A DNA stretch of 64,000 nt from Ramazzottius varieornatus. Its lineage: Eukaryota > Animalia > Tardigrada. The position numbers and the translations under genes were made by a program. The notes beneath the pieces were generated by a model that was not told where the DNA came from, ran no database searches, and was given only the letters and a program-made list of their open reading frames with translations. Positions within the stretch are counted from its first letter, which is position 1; each line of letters starts with the position of its first letter. Shown here piece after piece: positions 1 through 12,074 of the stretch. Where the stretch lies: NCBI GenBank assembly GCA_001949185.1, contig BDGG01000006.1:540827-604826 (forward strand), given 5' to 3'.

Positions 1-13
1 AGTCCTTGTAGCT

Positions 14-649
14 GTGCCCATCGATGTTTCAGTCAATCAAGCAGAGGTGGTCGTTGTGAACCCCGTCCGACCCGACAACACTGCAGCTGCCTTCGCTGCT
101 CACCTCGAAGAGCATCTGTATGAAGGCAAGCCTGGTCCGGAGATAGTGAGCATCAAGTCCAGAGTCCTGGATCTGGAAGGTAACCGTGAGCTGTGGTTGG
201 TCGAATGGAAGGACGAGAAGATCGGGCGACGCATCGTAACGGATGACTTCCTGCAGAGTAACGCTGCTTACCAGTTCAAAATGGTCGACTACTTCTCGGT
301 ATTGGACCCTCCTGTTCCTGGGGACTTCGCGGCGTTAGCTGAAGGTATGACTGTTTATAGGGAAGGTAGAAGGGAAAAGGTGGAAGAACTGACGGCGGAA
401 GTGGTGCCGAAGCTTCTGCTCGTGAAAGAGAAAGTGACCGTTGGCGATCCGTTGGACTTCCTCTCTCGTGATGGTGCCAAAGAGAAAAAACGGGTTCGTA
501 GCAGGCCTGCGCCTATTGATAGCTTCGGGCTCTTTCCTCCGTCGAGCTACGTGTTGGAGGATCGAATGCTGAGTGAGGCGAGCTTGTGGAACGCTGGTAA
601 GGTATTTTTGAGCTCGGCAAACAAACTCTTAGACCTGGCAAAAGTGTGA
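14..649 (+). CDS. Uncharacterised open frame (probably 5'-truncated by the window edge) with a weak chromodomain-like segment
   Basis: 211 open codons; EIVSIKSRVLDLEGNRELWLVEWKD loosely resembles the chromo-fold pattern (V/I-x-x-I...YLVKWK). No ATG at the ORF start. Confidence 0.3.
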   Translation: MPIDVSVNQAEVVVVNPVRPDNTAAAFAAHLEEHLYEGKPGPEIVSIKSRVLDLEGNRELWLVEWKDEKIGRRIVTDDFLQSNAAYQFKMVDYFSVLDPPVPGDFAALAEGMTVYREGRREKVEELTAEVVPKLLLVKEKVTVGDPLDFLSRDGAKEKKRVRSRPAPIDSFGLFPPSSYVLEDRMLSEASLWNAGKVFLSSANKLLDLAKV

Positions 650-650
650 T

Positions 651-822
651 TAAGTGTGGTGTGGTGTTTTTTCGGTTTGGTGTTCTTCCACACCGAAACT
701 AATTTTTCGGTGCGAAAGCCACACCACTTTTTTCAGTGTGGTGTGAATCGGACACCACTCTTTCGGTGCACCACACCAAACCGAAAAAGCGAAACCTGTA
801 TGTGGTATGTGGTAACCGCTAG
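651..822. repeat. Cluster of CACACC/GGTGTG motifs in both orientations, probably a decayed MITE or transposon end
   Basis: TTTTCGGTTTGGTG (~669) and its reverse complement CACCAAACCGAAAA (~774); many (C)ACACCA units in between. Confidence 0.45.
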
Positions 823-2193
823 GAAGCAAAAATAGGCGTAACAAAGATGTACAGACAGGAACGGAATACTGGTAATGCACACGCCGAAGCAAAACCCGAC
901 GTCAGCATGCCTAATTCTGCTGGTGCTGCAGGTTTTCCCTGCGTGTTTGGCCGATAGAGCGCACCATGATTCGCCCTGACCCACAATTATCCCAGTGGTG
1001 TTCGGAGAGGTCACCAAACGGCATAAAAATACGCAAGGTCAAGGTCAGGTGCCCTACTATAGGTCCAGCCCTTGTTCAGCCTCAGGCCATACCTCCCGTA
1101 CGCTGACTAGATGTCTTCTGAACTGTAATAAAACATCGAGACCAGAAAGTGTAGTTTTTTTGGTGTGGATTGGTGAAACCACACCATTGCCAGGTCTACA
1201 AACTCTGCAGGATCGTTTCCCAAGTTGCGCACGCAGTCAGTGTTGTTCATTGCAAGGTTGCGCCACTTGGGAAAATTCGACAAGTTTATTCTGCAAAGTG
1301 GCGCAATCCGATAGCTAATGTCACGGGAGAGGTGCGCCGCTTGGACGAACGAACTAGACCAGTTTGTTCGCCCACGTTTCACTTTGTCCAACTCTGGAAA
1401 AGATTATCATTTCTCCTTCTTTGAATAATCATGTTCCGACTTTTGTAGAAGGCGAAGCGAATGCGATGTCTGGGGAAACCTTAGAAAGATCGCGGCGATC
1501 GCGACGCTTGGAGGACCCGGACTTTCTGCGGTTGTTCTCCTCTAGTCCCGATGACTTCTTGGGGTTCTTGCACGAAGTGTCCAGCTAAGCAAACCTAGCG
1601 TCCGGCTGTTTAAGTTGAATCTCTCTTACTAAATTGTAAGCTGATTGCTTCGTCTTCTGTACATTGACCAAAGATCGGTTTTCTGTGTCGATGCTTTCAC
1701 GAGTATATTACTGTTTTGATTTGTTATTCCAATATGTACTGATACCGAAGTTCTTTATGAGTTTATCCCCTTTAGCTTACCTTTTACTGATGCAGGAGCG
1801 TTCTCTGGATTTCTGTTACTAACCTGCTTTCTAGAAAGCTTTCTTTCATCTTTATGCTGCAACAAATGTCAGTCAGTGCTCCAGCCGGTGTCTCAATTTT
1901 TTTCGCCCATCCTAAAAGACTGCTAGAACCGATGATCCTTAGGAACAAGAACAGCTAGAACTAACGGAGATACTTTAAGTCCCGAAACACCGCCCGGACG
2001 ATGAGCCGGGCTTTGCACCTTAAGGCTCAAGGTCTTGATTGAATGTGATCATCTCTTGATTGACCGAGATGCTTGGACTTTAGGACGTATTAAGGGGGAG
2101 CAACTCTGCAATTGCGGAACTTTTCGGTTTTAAAAATGGGTGATAAATCTAATCAATATTGGAAATTTCCAGCTTGGGATTCTTAATTTCGAG

Positions 2194-3407
2194 GGAAATG
2201 GCTATAGGCACCCTATCACATCCCGTTTAGCTATAGGCACCCTGATTCAGTTCATTAATTCAAACATACCTTTAATGCGATACCTGCTATCACGGAGGGC
2301 AAGCACTTAAGGAAGAATACGACACCTATGACGAGTTCGAAAGGGATCTACAGGGCTACCAGCAGGACACGCATCAGTCATTTGTGATCACGAGACGCGA
2401 TGCGCTGAAGAACCACAAGCATACTGACGCAAAGTGCACTTTGAGTGTGTCCATCGTATAACGGGTACGTGGCCAAATCCACGGGTGTGCGCGTATTCAC
2501 ACACAGCCGGCTTGCAGGGTGCGAAGCTGAGATTAAGCTCTGTTGCACGAACCCCGTACTTTTAAATCTCGTTCACCAGAGTTCAGGGAAGTATCCAATC
2601 ACGCTTAAATCTTCTCCGCAACTATATTTGTCCATCATGGGGGTCAATTGACATCAGCCATTTCTTGCCGAAGTGTCCCGGAAGTCCAGGTATGACTCGG
2701 GACTAACTGAGCATTGTGACAGGGTCGATGGCGAAGCGCGTGACGTTTAGCACCTGGTGACTCCGCCTGCGCACGCCCCATTCTATCGAAATGTGACGTC
2801 ACTGCGGTAGAGTCAGCCGCCTCTAAATGCGCGAATGAAACGGGGAATTTTTCCTGAGAAGTATCTACTAGACTGAGAATCCCTGATCCTTTCCGCCACC
2901 AAATGATCCCCATGATGGATAAATACGTACGCAGAACGAGGTTCGAGGCTAGGAGTGCACTCGCACTCTTGCCACCTGCAATGGCGAAAAGTAAGGAGTT
3001 CGTGAAACGGAGCTTAGAGTGGGTAAACGTCTACGCCAAGATGGCAAGATCATCATCAACAAAAAATACGTGTTCCATAACCACGAGATTGCTAAAGAAC
3101 GCTGGAAAGCGGAGAGAGAAAACCGCCGCTTGGGCATGCATAAACGAAAGTAGTCTCCCTTCAGAAGGTGCATGCACCTGCTAAAGTCGTTGTCCGCGAA
3201 ATGCAGAAGCTCACCGTAAAACTATCAGAAAGATCCGAATGTATGGTTTCTGCCTCTCAGTAAAATTCGGGGTCTATTTGCCGGCTTAGGTGTTTCCTAA
3301 TTAGTGAATTAAGTAGGGGTGCCTTTAGCAAAAGAGGAATCAAATAGGGGTGCGATAAGGGAGCCTATATCCAAACGGGGATTTTAGGGGTGCCTATAGC
3401 CATTTCC
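2194..3407 (+). mobile_element. MULE/Mutator-like non-autonomous or deleted element
   Basis: Perfect 20-bp TIR GGAAATGGCTATAGGCACCC (2194) / GGGTGCCTATAGCCATTTCC (3388-3407), extending imperfectly to ~55 bp. Frameshifted internal frame EEYDTYDEFERDLQGYQQDTHQSFVITRR...CPSYNGYVAKSTGVRVFTHSRLAGCEAEIKL resembles the FAR1-type DNA-binding domain of MULE transposases. No TSD resolved. Confidence 0.6.
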
Positions 3408-3409
3408 TT

Positions 3410-6400
3410 TTAAGATGGGCTTTGAGAAAATTGCAGATCTGCAATTCCGGAGAAGGTGTTTTTCAGAAACGGCGGACCTGCAATTTTTGGAATTTTTTGA
3501 AATTACAGGAGGCGCGGGTGGTTCCAAGCTGACTTTGAAGGGGTGACAGAGCTGAATTTGCGGCACGCTCATCCGCAAAGTACAGTACGAAAAGTACTTA
3601 CGGTACTGTACCTCGTAATGCTTTGCTTCTTGAATATAGGCCATCGTTGAATTTCTAAGCTGAATTCTTGACTGGTCGCTTAAAACGCGACGTTTCAGCA
3701 CGCTTCGTCAGTATGAGAATTGACGTCAGCAAGACCATATCTAACCGCAGTACCATGCCCTTGACCGGCCTAATGTTGTAAGGATGGGGGTTCCTATCGA
3801 CTAGCTCCCCGGAACTGGAACTGGAACTGGAACTGGAACTGGATGGAACTCCGAAGAGTTCCTAAATTCCTGTATTCCAGTTTCCAAATCAAACAGGTTA
3901 AAAATCAGAATTCCAAAAAGTTAATCAAAAGCTTAGGAAACAGTAGGAACAGCAATTTACTGCCGAAAATCAGGTCCAAATACTGTAACACAAATAGTCT
4001 ATCATAGTAAACATGTTCTGTTCAACCGGCGGTTTGTACCCAAACAAATCGTTCAACGTGAAGAAATCTACAGTCACTGAATCACTGACTAGCTCAGCCG
4101 CATCTTCAAAGCCAGCTTCCAAGAAAACATCAATAAAGTCTGAAAACTCACTAACAATACTTTGCTGGTTAGTCAACGTGCTTCCAGCGTCAGTAGGTGC
4201 ACACCCCGTCGGCTCGACCAAGTCGATCAAATTCACCTCTCCTACTTCCTTTTCGAGATCCTCCAGTCGACGTTTCTTTGAGGGTCGTCCACGGCGTAGC
4301 TCCATCCTAATGGTAGAAAGTCCAGTTGCAAGCTCCACTCGCATGCGGTTCTTTTCTGTATTGTGTACTCCACCCATCGTACTCCAAAATCTTTCCACAC
4401 CTGCGGAACGAAGTATTACGATTAAAAAACAGTCTATTTGGGTGGAGAACCATGGCACAAACCATCAGCTCAGGATCGAAGAACTTTGCCCATCGACTTT
4501 CTAACGCAGCGAGCACGATCTTCCTTACACCTTCATCCAACATCTTCTCGAAAGATTCGTAGATGTCACCGAAGCAAACACCAATGTTGACAAGGTGCAA
4601 TCATCGGACTCTGCCGTTGCCTGAGCTTTCACTATTGGTCCGAGAACATGGAGAACCTGTCTTAAAATTGACCAGAATGCATCGTTCTCAAAAGTTTTCC
4701 GGTGGTTTTCTGGAAGTGCGTCTTTTCCGAAGTCTTTTGTACCTTGAAACCTCTCGGCAAACGCCTGCGAATAAAAGCAGCTGTGATGAAAATATGCGGT
4801 GGTGCACCACCTGATATTTACTGCACAAAAATTTATTACGATAGCGTCTAGTAACTATGCAAAACCACTTACGAGAAAAGCGGTTTTGCATTTTTGAATT
4901 TTCTGCAGACTGAAGTAATACGACTACCAGCGAGTATCGGTAGGCTTTGGTTTGACAAACGGCTTTCCATAAAGACTTTTCTGGATGGAGGTAAGGCGAC
5001 CACGAGACAAACCACTTTCATTGAGCCAAGAGATGACGGCTAGTGAACTTGATATCACCTCTTTGAATTCCGGTTTTACGTCTTGAGATTGACCTGGTGG
5101 GCACTACAAGCTAGGATCAGCATGTGTTCGTACTTTGCAGACAACAGTCAACGAGCCTTGATGTGAGCGCCATCTGAACCGCATGTAACAGCACGAAACG
5201 TACTTCCGTACTTGTGCTCCATCGTCTCGAGACCATTGATATCTTTCACGCTTTCGAAGACATGACTATTCGTTCCATTCTCGTCACGGACAATCGCCAC
5301 GAAACCTGCGAGAACAACCATCAGTGTCAAACGGTAAGAAGACGTAACCAACCGGTGGTGCACCACCGGTTGGAGTAACATCAAGAGAAAAAAGTTATTA
5401 CCCAAGAGTTTGTTCTGAGAAAGAACGACAAAATGAAGAACAACAAAGAACGACAAGATGAACAATACAGTAGATGCACCCACTGTATTGTTTAAAGTAA
5501 TCTGCTAGCGCGGTATCGCAAATACCGTACTAAAAAGGCGAGAAACTCCCAAAAATTCAATTGGTGGAAGCTTTCGCAGTCCCACTGCGCCAAGTCAGCT
5601 ACATTAGATCGCAACTGGAATTCCAGATCAGTTCCTGGTTTCCAAACAGGAACTCCAGTTCACCACGTTGATTGACAGAGCTGGAATTCCCAATCGCGTC
5701 TAGTTTTCCAAATAGGAATTCCAGTGCTCCAAATCGAGTTCAGCTGGAACTGGAAGGAATTCCTATGCTCCTATAGGAATTGGAATGGAACGGAACTTGG
5801 AACCCCCATCCTCATAACGTTGGCCGGTGGCCATGTGCGCTGTTGTACCGCGCACAGGCGATGCTAATCTATCGTACAGCACTCGTACGATACAGCCGAC
5901 GTACATGCAATCGACACTACAAAGTCTAAGAAATGCTGTACACCGGACGGCTATATTCTGGAACTTCGCGAACTGACGTCACAGTACGCGTGGGTCATGG
6001 CGCATGCAGCACACGCTCATTATGACGCAATTCGCACAGTACAGTGACTGTACAGGTGGGACGCGACCTAGCGACGTCGCCATTTTTCTGTGTATTTGCT
6101 GTGTACACTGTGCAGATGCCCGTTTTTGATCTGAATTTCTCCTAACTTTCTGCCATGTATTTGATTTTCTTCACGTTTGTATCCATCAAAATACCCAGCT
6201 ATCACCTCTGAACTCCCGAAATTCAGGGTACCGCAACCGTATGCTTATTCCGAACAAGGCCGCATAGGACTTTCTCGTCAAATTATCATCTTAACACGAA
6301 TAAATATGATTTCAGAATTACGGGAAATTGCCCCCCAGCAATGTCAAGAAATTCAGTAAAAAAATATTGCAGATCTGCAATTTTCTAACTTTTCGACAAA

Positions 6401-6470
6401 ATTCATTGCGGATCTGCAATCTTAAGCAGTACCTTAGAAAAAACTTGCAGATCTGCAAAAATTGCGATAG
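3410..6470. mobile_element. Older outer element with palindromic TTGCAGATCTGCAA subterminal repeats, interrupted by the hAT at 3779-5814
   Basis: TTGCAGATCTGCAA at 3431, 6367 and 6445, with variants at ~3471 and ~6406, flanking the hAT on both sides. Exact ends are not resolved. Confidence 0.4.
3779..5814 (-). mobile_element. hAT DNA transposon with decayed transposase
   Basis: TIR TAAGGATGGGGGTTCC / GGAACCCCCATCCTCA; 8-bp TSD TAATGTTG (3771-3778) / TAACGTTG (5815-5822), one mismatch; (GGAACT)n subterminal repeats; minus-strand fragments ESRWAKFF...AMVLHP and SAGVERFWSTMG (hAT C-terminal SAxxERxFS motif), broken by frameshifts. Confidence 0.88.
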
Positions 6471-6989
6471 TGTTCCGCCAACCTCAAAACATCCTTGGTT
6501 TGGACCAACGGTTTCAAGTTCTACCTTCAATACAGCAAACGTATTTGTCAGACATCGTTTCACTTCTGATACGATTTCCAGCATTCTGTAGCTCGAAGTA
6601 TTTCTTGTTTTCGATTTCGTGGCACTTCCGCTGGTCAGAACCTTTGCTCACACTACCCGAAAGTGTCCTCCTTCGATTTTCCTGACGGAATAATTTGGCC
6701 GGCTGTTTGCTACGGTGAAACTTCTGTGACAATGGCCTACCGCAGTATCCCGGAGATGGTTTTCGAGGAAATCATTAAACATTTTATAACGGACGTGAAA
6801 AGCTGGAAGCTGTGCAGGTAAGCTTTCGAGGTCCACAAAATATCTCCTGCAAATTATAATGAAGCTACTGTATGCTTATCAGTTGAAAATTAAAAGAGCC
6901 CGTATGTTTTAGTTTTCTACTTTCGAAAAAGTAAAACAAAAACGAAGCCTAGCACAAGCTAGACTTCCTGGTTCCGAGTATCCAAAATA

Positions 6990-7950
6990 TAAAAGATTTC
7001 TTCAAGACCACGAGAGAAAGGAAAAGTTCCCAAAAACACAGGCAGAATTTCCTCTCCGAATGTCTACACTAAAACGCTGCCTAAGAGATTCTGACGATCT
7101 ACTTTGTCCCGTGTGATCTGCAACTCTCTTCCCGGCTTCTCCGAGCAGACTCGCCGTCGAACGACCGAAACTTCCGTAGGTCTCGACACCAACTGGACAG
7201 AAAAAGTACCGACCTTCTAGGTTTCGATACTTCGTCCGCTTCAGATCTGCGGCTTTGTTGGCTGCATAACCGCGTTCTGCGCCGATCCACCAACATGACT
7301 GTTGCACAGCATGCAAGTTATCAACTCCTCAATTCTCCATTCCAAAAGTCGTTATTGCTGTTCCGGGTGCGTTTTAAAAGATGGTGGGTGAAATATTTGG
7401 TCAACGTGTATCGATCAGCTGATCGCTACGACATAACACATAACAGCCAAAACGGCGCGTACCGGGGGGATTCTTTACGCTGACCCGGACCAGTCTTGTC
7501 CCGCTTCATTGGCACTTTAAACTATGATTTCGATCCTTTGACGCGCTCCTTAAAGTAGAAGATTCTTCTCTAAGCGGCATCGTGACTTTTCTTGCAAATG
7601 ATCTATCAATATGATGCTGAAATTAGTGTCCAAAAGTCGGTAACGGAAAAGGCGGATCCGATAGTCCTTATAATTTCCCAGTCTTGTGCCACTACATTGG
7701 CTGGTACAAGAGAAACAAGCAATCCAAGGTGTCCACTTCTGTCCGCCTAAAAGTCATCTGACCTTTAATGTCCATCTCGCGAAGACTGCTTGGTTGTTGG
7801 TATGAGGTCGAATGAGGTTCATAGCGTTCATCTCCTGTGCGAGCCACTTTCTACAGGGATAAGAGCCGGCAACCTCTGTAAATAAAGCAGACGTCAGAGC
7901 CAGCTGGGGAACTTGAACATGGGTTTCCACCATGCTGGCCAGGTAGCGGA
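6990..7950 (-). mobile_element. Decayed CRE-clade non-LTR retrotransposon remnant
   Basis: C-terminal restriction-like endonuclease segment AANKAADLKRTKYRNLEGRYFFCPVGVETYGSFG...LRQRFSVDIRRGNSACVFG (7002-7280); degenerate upstream motifs SSPAGS (~7900) and KDYRIR (~7660) resemble CRE RT-proximal motifs. The 5' boundary is approximate. Confidence 0.7.
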
Positions 7951-10900
7951 TCTCTTTTGCGTCTATATCAGCGCTTCCTTAGCCGGTGGAAGTCTTGTAA
8001 GCACTTCTTAAAATTCGACCGGGATATAGTTAATTAGCATAACTGCATGCACCGCCGGAATCCAACAGAAGATTTTCGCCGTCAGCGTCGATACATCGTT
8101 GCAGTTGAAACGCTGGTTGCCGAAAACCAGGGTTTTCGGGACCTTCTGGTCAAGGGGCCAGTCGGGTCGTCAGTGAGAAAGATGTTGGTCGATTAACTGG
8201 CGCATGCCAAGGAACGTTCCCGGACCTGGCCATCCGCTGAAGACGAAATGAGTTACCCGGCCATTATACGGAGGAACGACAGCTTCTTTCGGGACCTTCA
8301 GCCACCAGCTCATCAGCATCCGTGCCACGCATAGCCGCCAGTCGACAAAGAGAACGCCCTTTCTGACCGTGGGAATTCTGACCATTATAATTATCCAGCT
8401 TGTGATCATGAGAGACTCTGCAATCACGAAAATCTGCATCTGGCCAGTCACATGTAACGTGCATTGTCTCCACCGAGTCGCGTTCGCCCTGTACTTCACC
8501 ATGCAAAACATCGCTGTTCCCGTACAGTAAACCGAAGTCAATTCGTTAAATTCTGTTTGGAGGTACGAGGTAAATTAGCGGACTTGTCCATGTGAAATCA
8601 GATGGTGAAGTTGTCCACCCTGAAAACTTTGCACAGGTATGTGAATCGTAACTTGATTGATAAAAATCAGCGGATTTTTCGAGAACAGGCTTTTTAACAT
8701 TGTGCTGACTGTACCTCTTCCCAGCGGATGTTTTTCACGAAATCCGCTTTTCTTTCTTGTCTACCATGTTTGAAGAATAGATGGGGGGTTTTTTCTTATC
8801 GATTAAACCGAAAAGTAACAAAATCTGATCAGCAGATGAGGGGATCTGGGGTGGACAAGTACCACATGCGATTTTACATGGACAGTCCGCTACTTTTACC
8901 TCGTAGAGGATCTGTTCTATGCGGTCGCTTGACGGGTTTCAGGTACCTGTATGAGTAACAACTTGAGGTTTGAAGGTGACCAGGGGTGTGTCCGGTGCAC
9001 CCTCGCGTGACCTGCGCATCACAAAACATAACGTCCGGGACGGAGAAAAATACTGTAGAACAAATACTCGGCAGGGAAAAGTAAGTCGATCGGCGATTTC
9101 GCCGAAAAGCGTCACGCGGCGACCTTACCGCCGTCTTCACACAAACATCCGTCTCTGGTTTTCATTGATAAAATTCCTCCAAAGATAAACATGTGTAAAA
9201 TTATTGAGTCGGGTCGTCCAACTGACATGAATTTATACGACAGAAAACAGAAATATGAATTTCACGATCTTAAATTCAAGATGGGAAGCTTTCGTTTGTA
9301 CATCTTCTGTGTATACCGTTGGACAGTCTTCCGTTGTTTTGTACACCTTTCGAAATTCTAAAATTCAGTTACAATAGTAGGAAAGAAGAAATCTTTCAAG
9401 CAGAACCGCCGGGATGTGGGCGAAAGAACCCATGGTGGAGTCGAGCAGGGAGCGCGGGAGGCTGCCGTCGAGACTGGTTGCAGCATCATTCTAGCTCATT
9501 CTGCCCCCTGGTTTGTAGGTCGCAATTCTCGTTCCAGGTCTTGGAAGCAGTCACCAGCGTGTTATGACATCACCCATACCGCAGTGGTTTTCCATCCCAC
9601 TGCTGGCCATGGCCTTAACATTGCTTGTCCGCTTTGTCAACGGAGGCCTCTGTACAGGTGCCACATCTCCGAAACATGGACGTTGCCTGCCACACTATTA
9701 TGAACGACTGCGAGCAGGACGTTCTGAGCTGCCAACGCTTTTTCCAGAAGTCTGTGACAACTTGGTTTAGGTGACCTTTGTGCAGCCCTGTCCCTTTTCT
9801 TCGGCCAGCAGACTAAAGCTAGAACTTCCTTCTGCTCTTTCCGTTTTATTTCGTCTTAGTGCTCAATCGTGTTGTCAATCCGGTTACTTTACGTCCCGCG
9901 ACGAAGACTATTCTTGCTGGTGCGTCCTGAAACTTCTACGACGGAATCTTGACGACGGCCCACTATAGACAACGAAAAATGCGTGCTGCTCGAAATGATC
10001 TGCAAGATCACAATCAAATCCGCCACTTCTTGAAGATGCTTTGGAAAAAAGACCCCATGTGAATATTTTATCACACCGCATGACCGTATACAAGACCTGC
10101 AACGGAAACGTCTAACAGCTAAGTTTTGAGGATTTTCGGGTTCATGTTGGATAATTGAGTCATGCAACAAATGATTGCATGTCGCCTTGAATTATACTCT
10201 CATCACGATGTCAATGAGTTCCCTGGACAATGTTTACAAAGGAGAAGGAAAATACTCTCACTGGTTTCGATTTTTTGTCAGGCGATCGAATAGCCTGTTT
10301 ACTCGGGTTACATTTCTTCGATCGAGTCTCCGTTGCATGCATTGCTTTTTGGCATGCATGTTCAACATGGCTGATCGCATTTCAGCCCAGTCGGTGCACG
10401 TGTTCAAGACACCTACCGGTTCCGAGTTCAACCCGTTTTCTTTTCACTTTCACCTGTTATATTGATGTTGTTTTTTCCTCAGAAAGTGGGTATGGGAAGT
10501 TATCGTTCTTTGCGAACTTTGCTGGTTGTTGTTTCGTTTGAAATGTCTCGTTTAAAATTTGAACTGCGCGGAACATTTGTGCGAGACATCGGATATATCT
10601 TCTCAAGCACCCCGCATATACCCTTTCTGCATCTCGACTGACACTGGTATTTGTCTAGGACTGAAATGCAAACGTCATTCTGGAACGATTCAATTACAGC
10701 TTGTCCATTGTCCCTAATTAGGAATGTTACTGCACAGTCAACAGACTTAGAATACGCGTACCGCCTTCACTGAATCATCTCCTTCCCATGTTTTCTACAC
10801 GACAAGTCACTCAACAAAGGACGCCAAATTCCTAGGTCAAGAACGTGCAGTGACGTCACATCCTCCTCCTTCCAGAAGATCAGACATTCATTATCCTTTA

Positions 10901-12074
10901 ATCAGCAATCAACTGAATGTTTAACCAGAAAGCTTTGACGTGTGTGCAAATCTTCATTGCCGTTTTTCTAGCAGCGTCTGAGCGCAATGACAGAGGTGAA
11001 GTAGTCTAGGTTCGCTTCAAATCATGATGATATGTTGGCAGAAAAGAGATGGATGATTTTGTAGGCTTGGCTGACCAGTGATGCGTGCATGTGAAGGCAA
11101 TTCGTGCTAGTACGGACTGTAAAATGGAGGACTATTCTTGAGAGCTGTGCAATGTGCCTTTTAGTCAGGCTGGATGGTAGCTCCCCGCTGTTTTTTTGGG
11201 GCAGGCAAAGGAGGATCTCCGCTTGGCCCTCCACACACTGTGCAAACTTTCAATATTAGGCATTCATCATTGGCACATGATTGTCAGCATTTGCTCGCTT
11301 GATAGGCCGACGACCATCAAGGCGCACTTTATCTCTTGCGGACTGCCTTGGCTGCTGTTGTGGCAGCCAGCAACCCATCGCATCACTATGTAAACAGACA
11401 AAGTCGCCCACCCTCCCTCCCTCCGCTTCACTCATCCACAACCATAGTGTTGATTGCATTTTCCAGCTGGACTTTATGATGTTATTACCCATGTAAAACT
11501 CCCTGTTTTGACATGTGATTAGCTATGCCCAATCCTTTCCACAGCGGAATACAAATTCATCCCGTAATCGCGTTACTCCAGGAAAGTTCGTCCCAGTCGG
11601 TCTCACCAGCCGCCAACGCCGCCACTAATGGAGTTTTCGGCAAAAGGTCTGCACTCTATTGGATTGTAACTTTTGAATGACTGGAATAATTTCCGCCCAT
11701 CTCACAGGTACTCAACTGCTGCACTTTGACACCAACGCTTTCTTCTACTAATATCACACTGGCCATCTTAGTTTCGCAGTTCCGACCTCACACTAGAACT
11801 TTCTCGACGAAGATGCCAGAAATGTTTAGCGAAGTGTGAGTCATGACGTGCATTGTAGGGCTTTGCCAACGTTAATTGGCGGTACGAAGGCTGTTTCACT
11901 CAATCAACAGTGTTTTTAATGATCACGCGATGGTCGTGAAATGAGTCGGAGAATTCTAGTGTGTGGTAATTTGATAGGTCATAGAAATTAATTTGACGAT
12001 ATCTGCTCATTGTGTTCATTTTACAGCCGGACGAATGCTACGGGGTGTCATGAGTATAAGGAGGAGTCGTCGAC

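Noticed and set aside
3811-3850. (GGAACT)n as a telomere-like repeat
   Set aside because: It lies just inside a hAT TIR and recurs near the other end, so it is explained as subterminal transposase-binding repeats.
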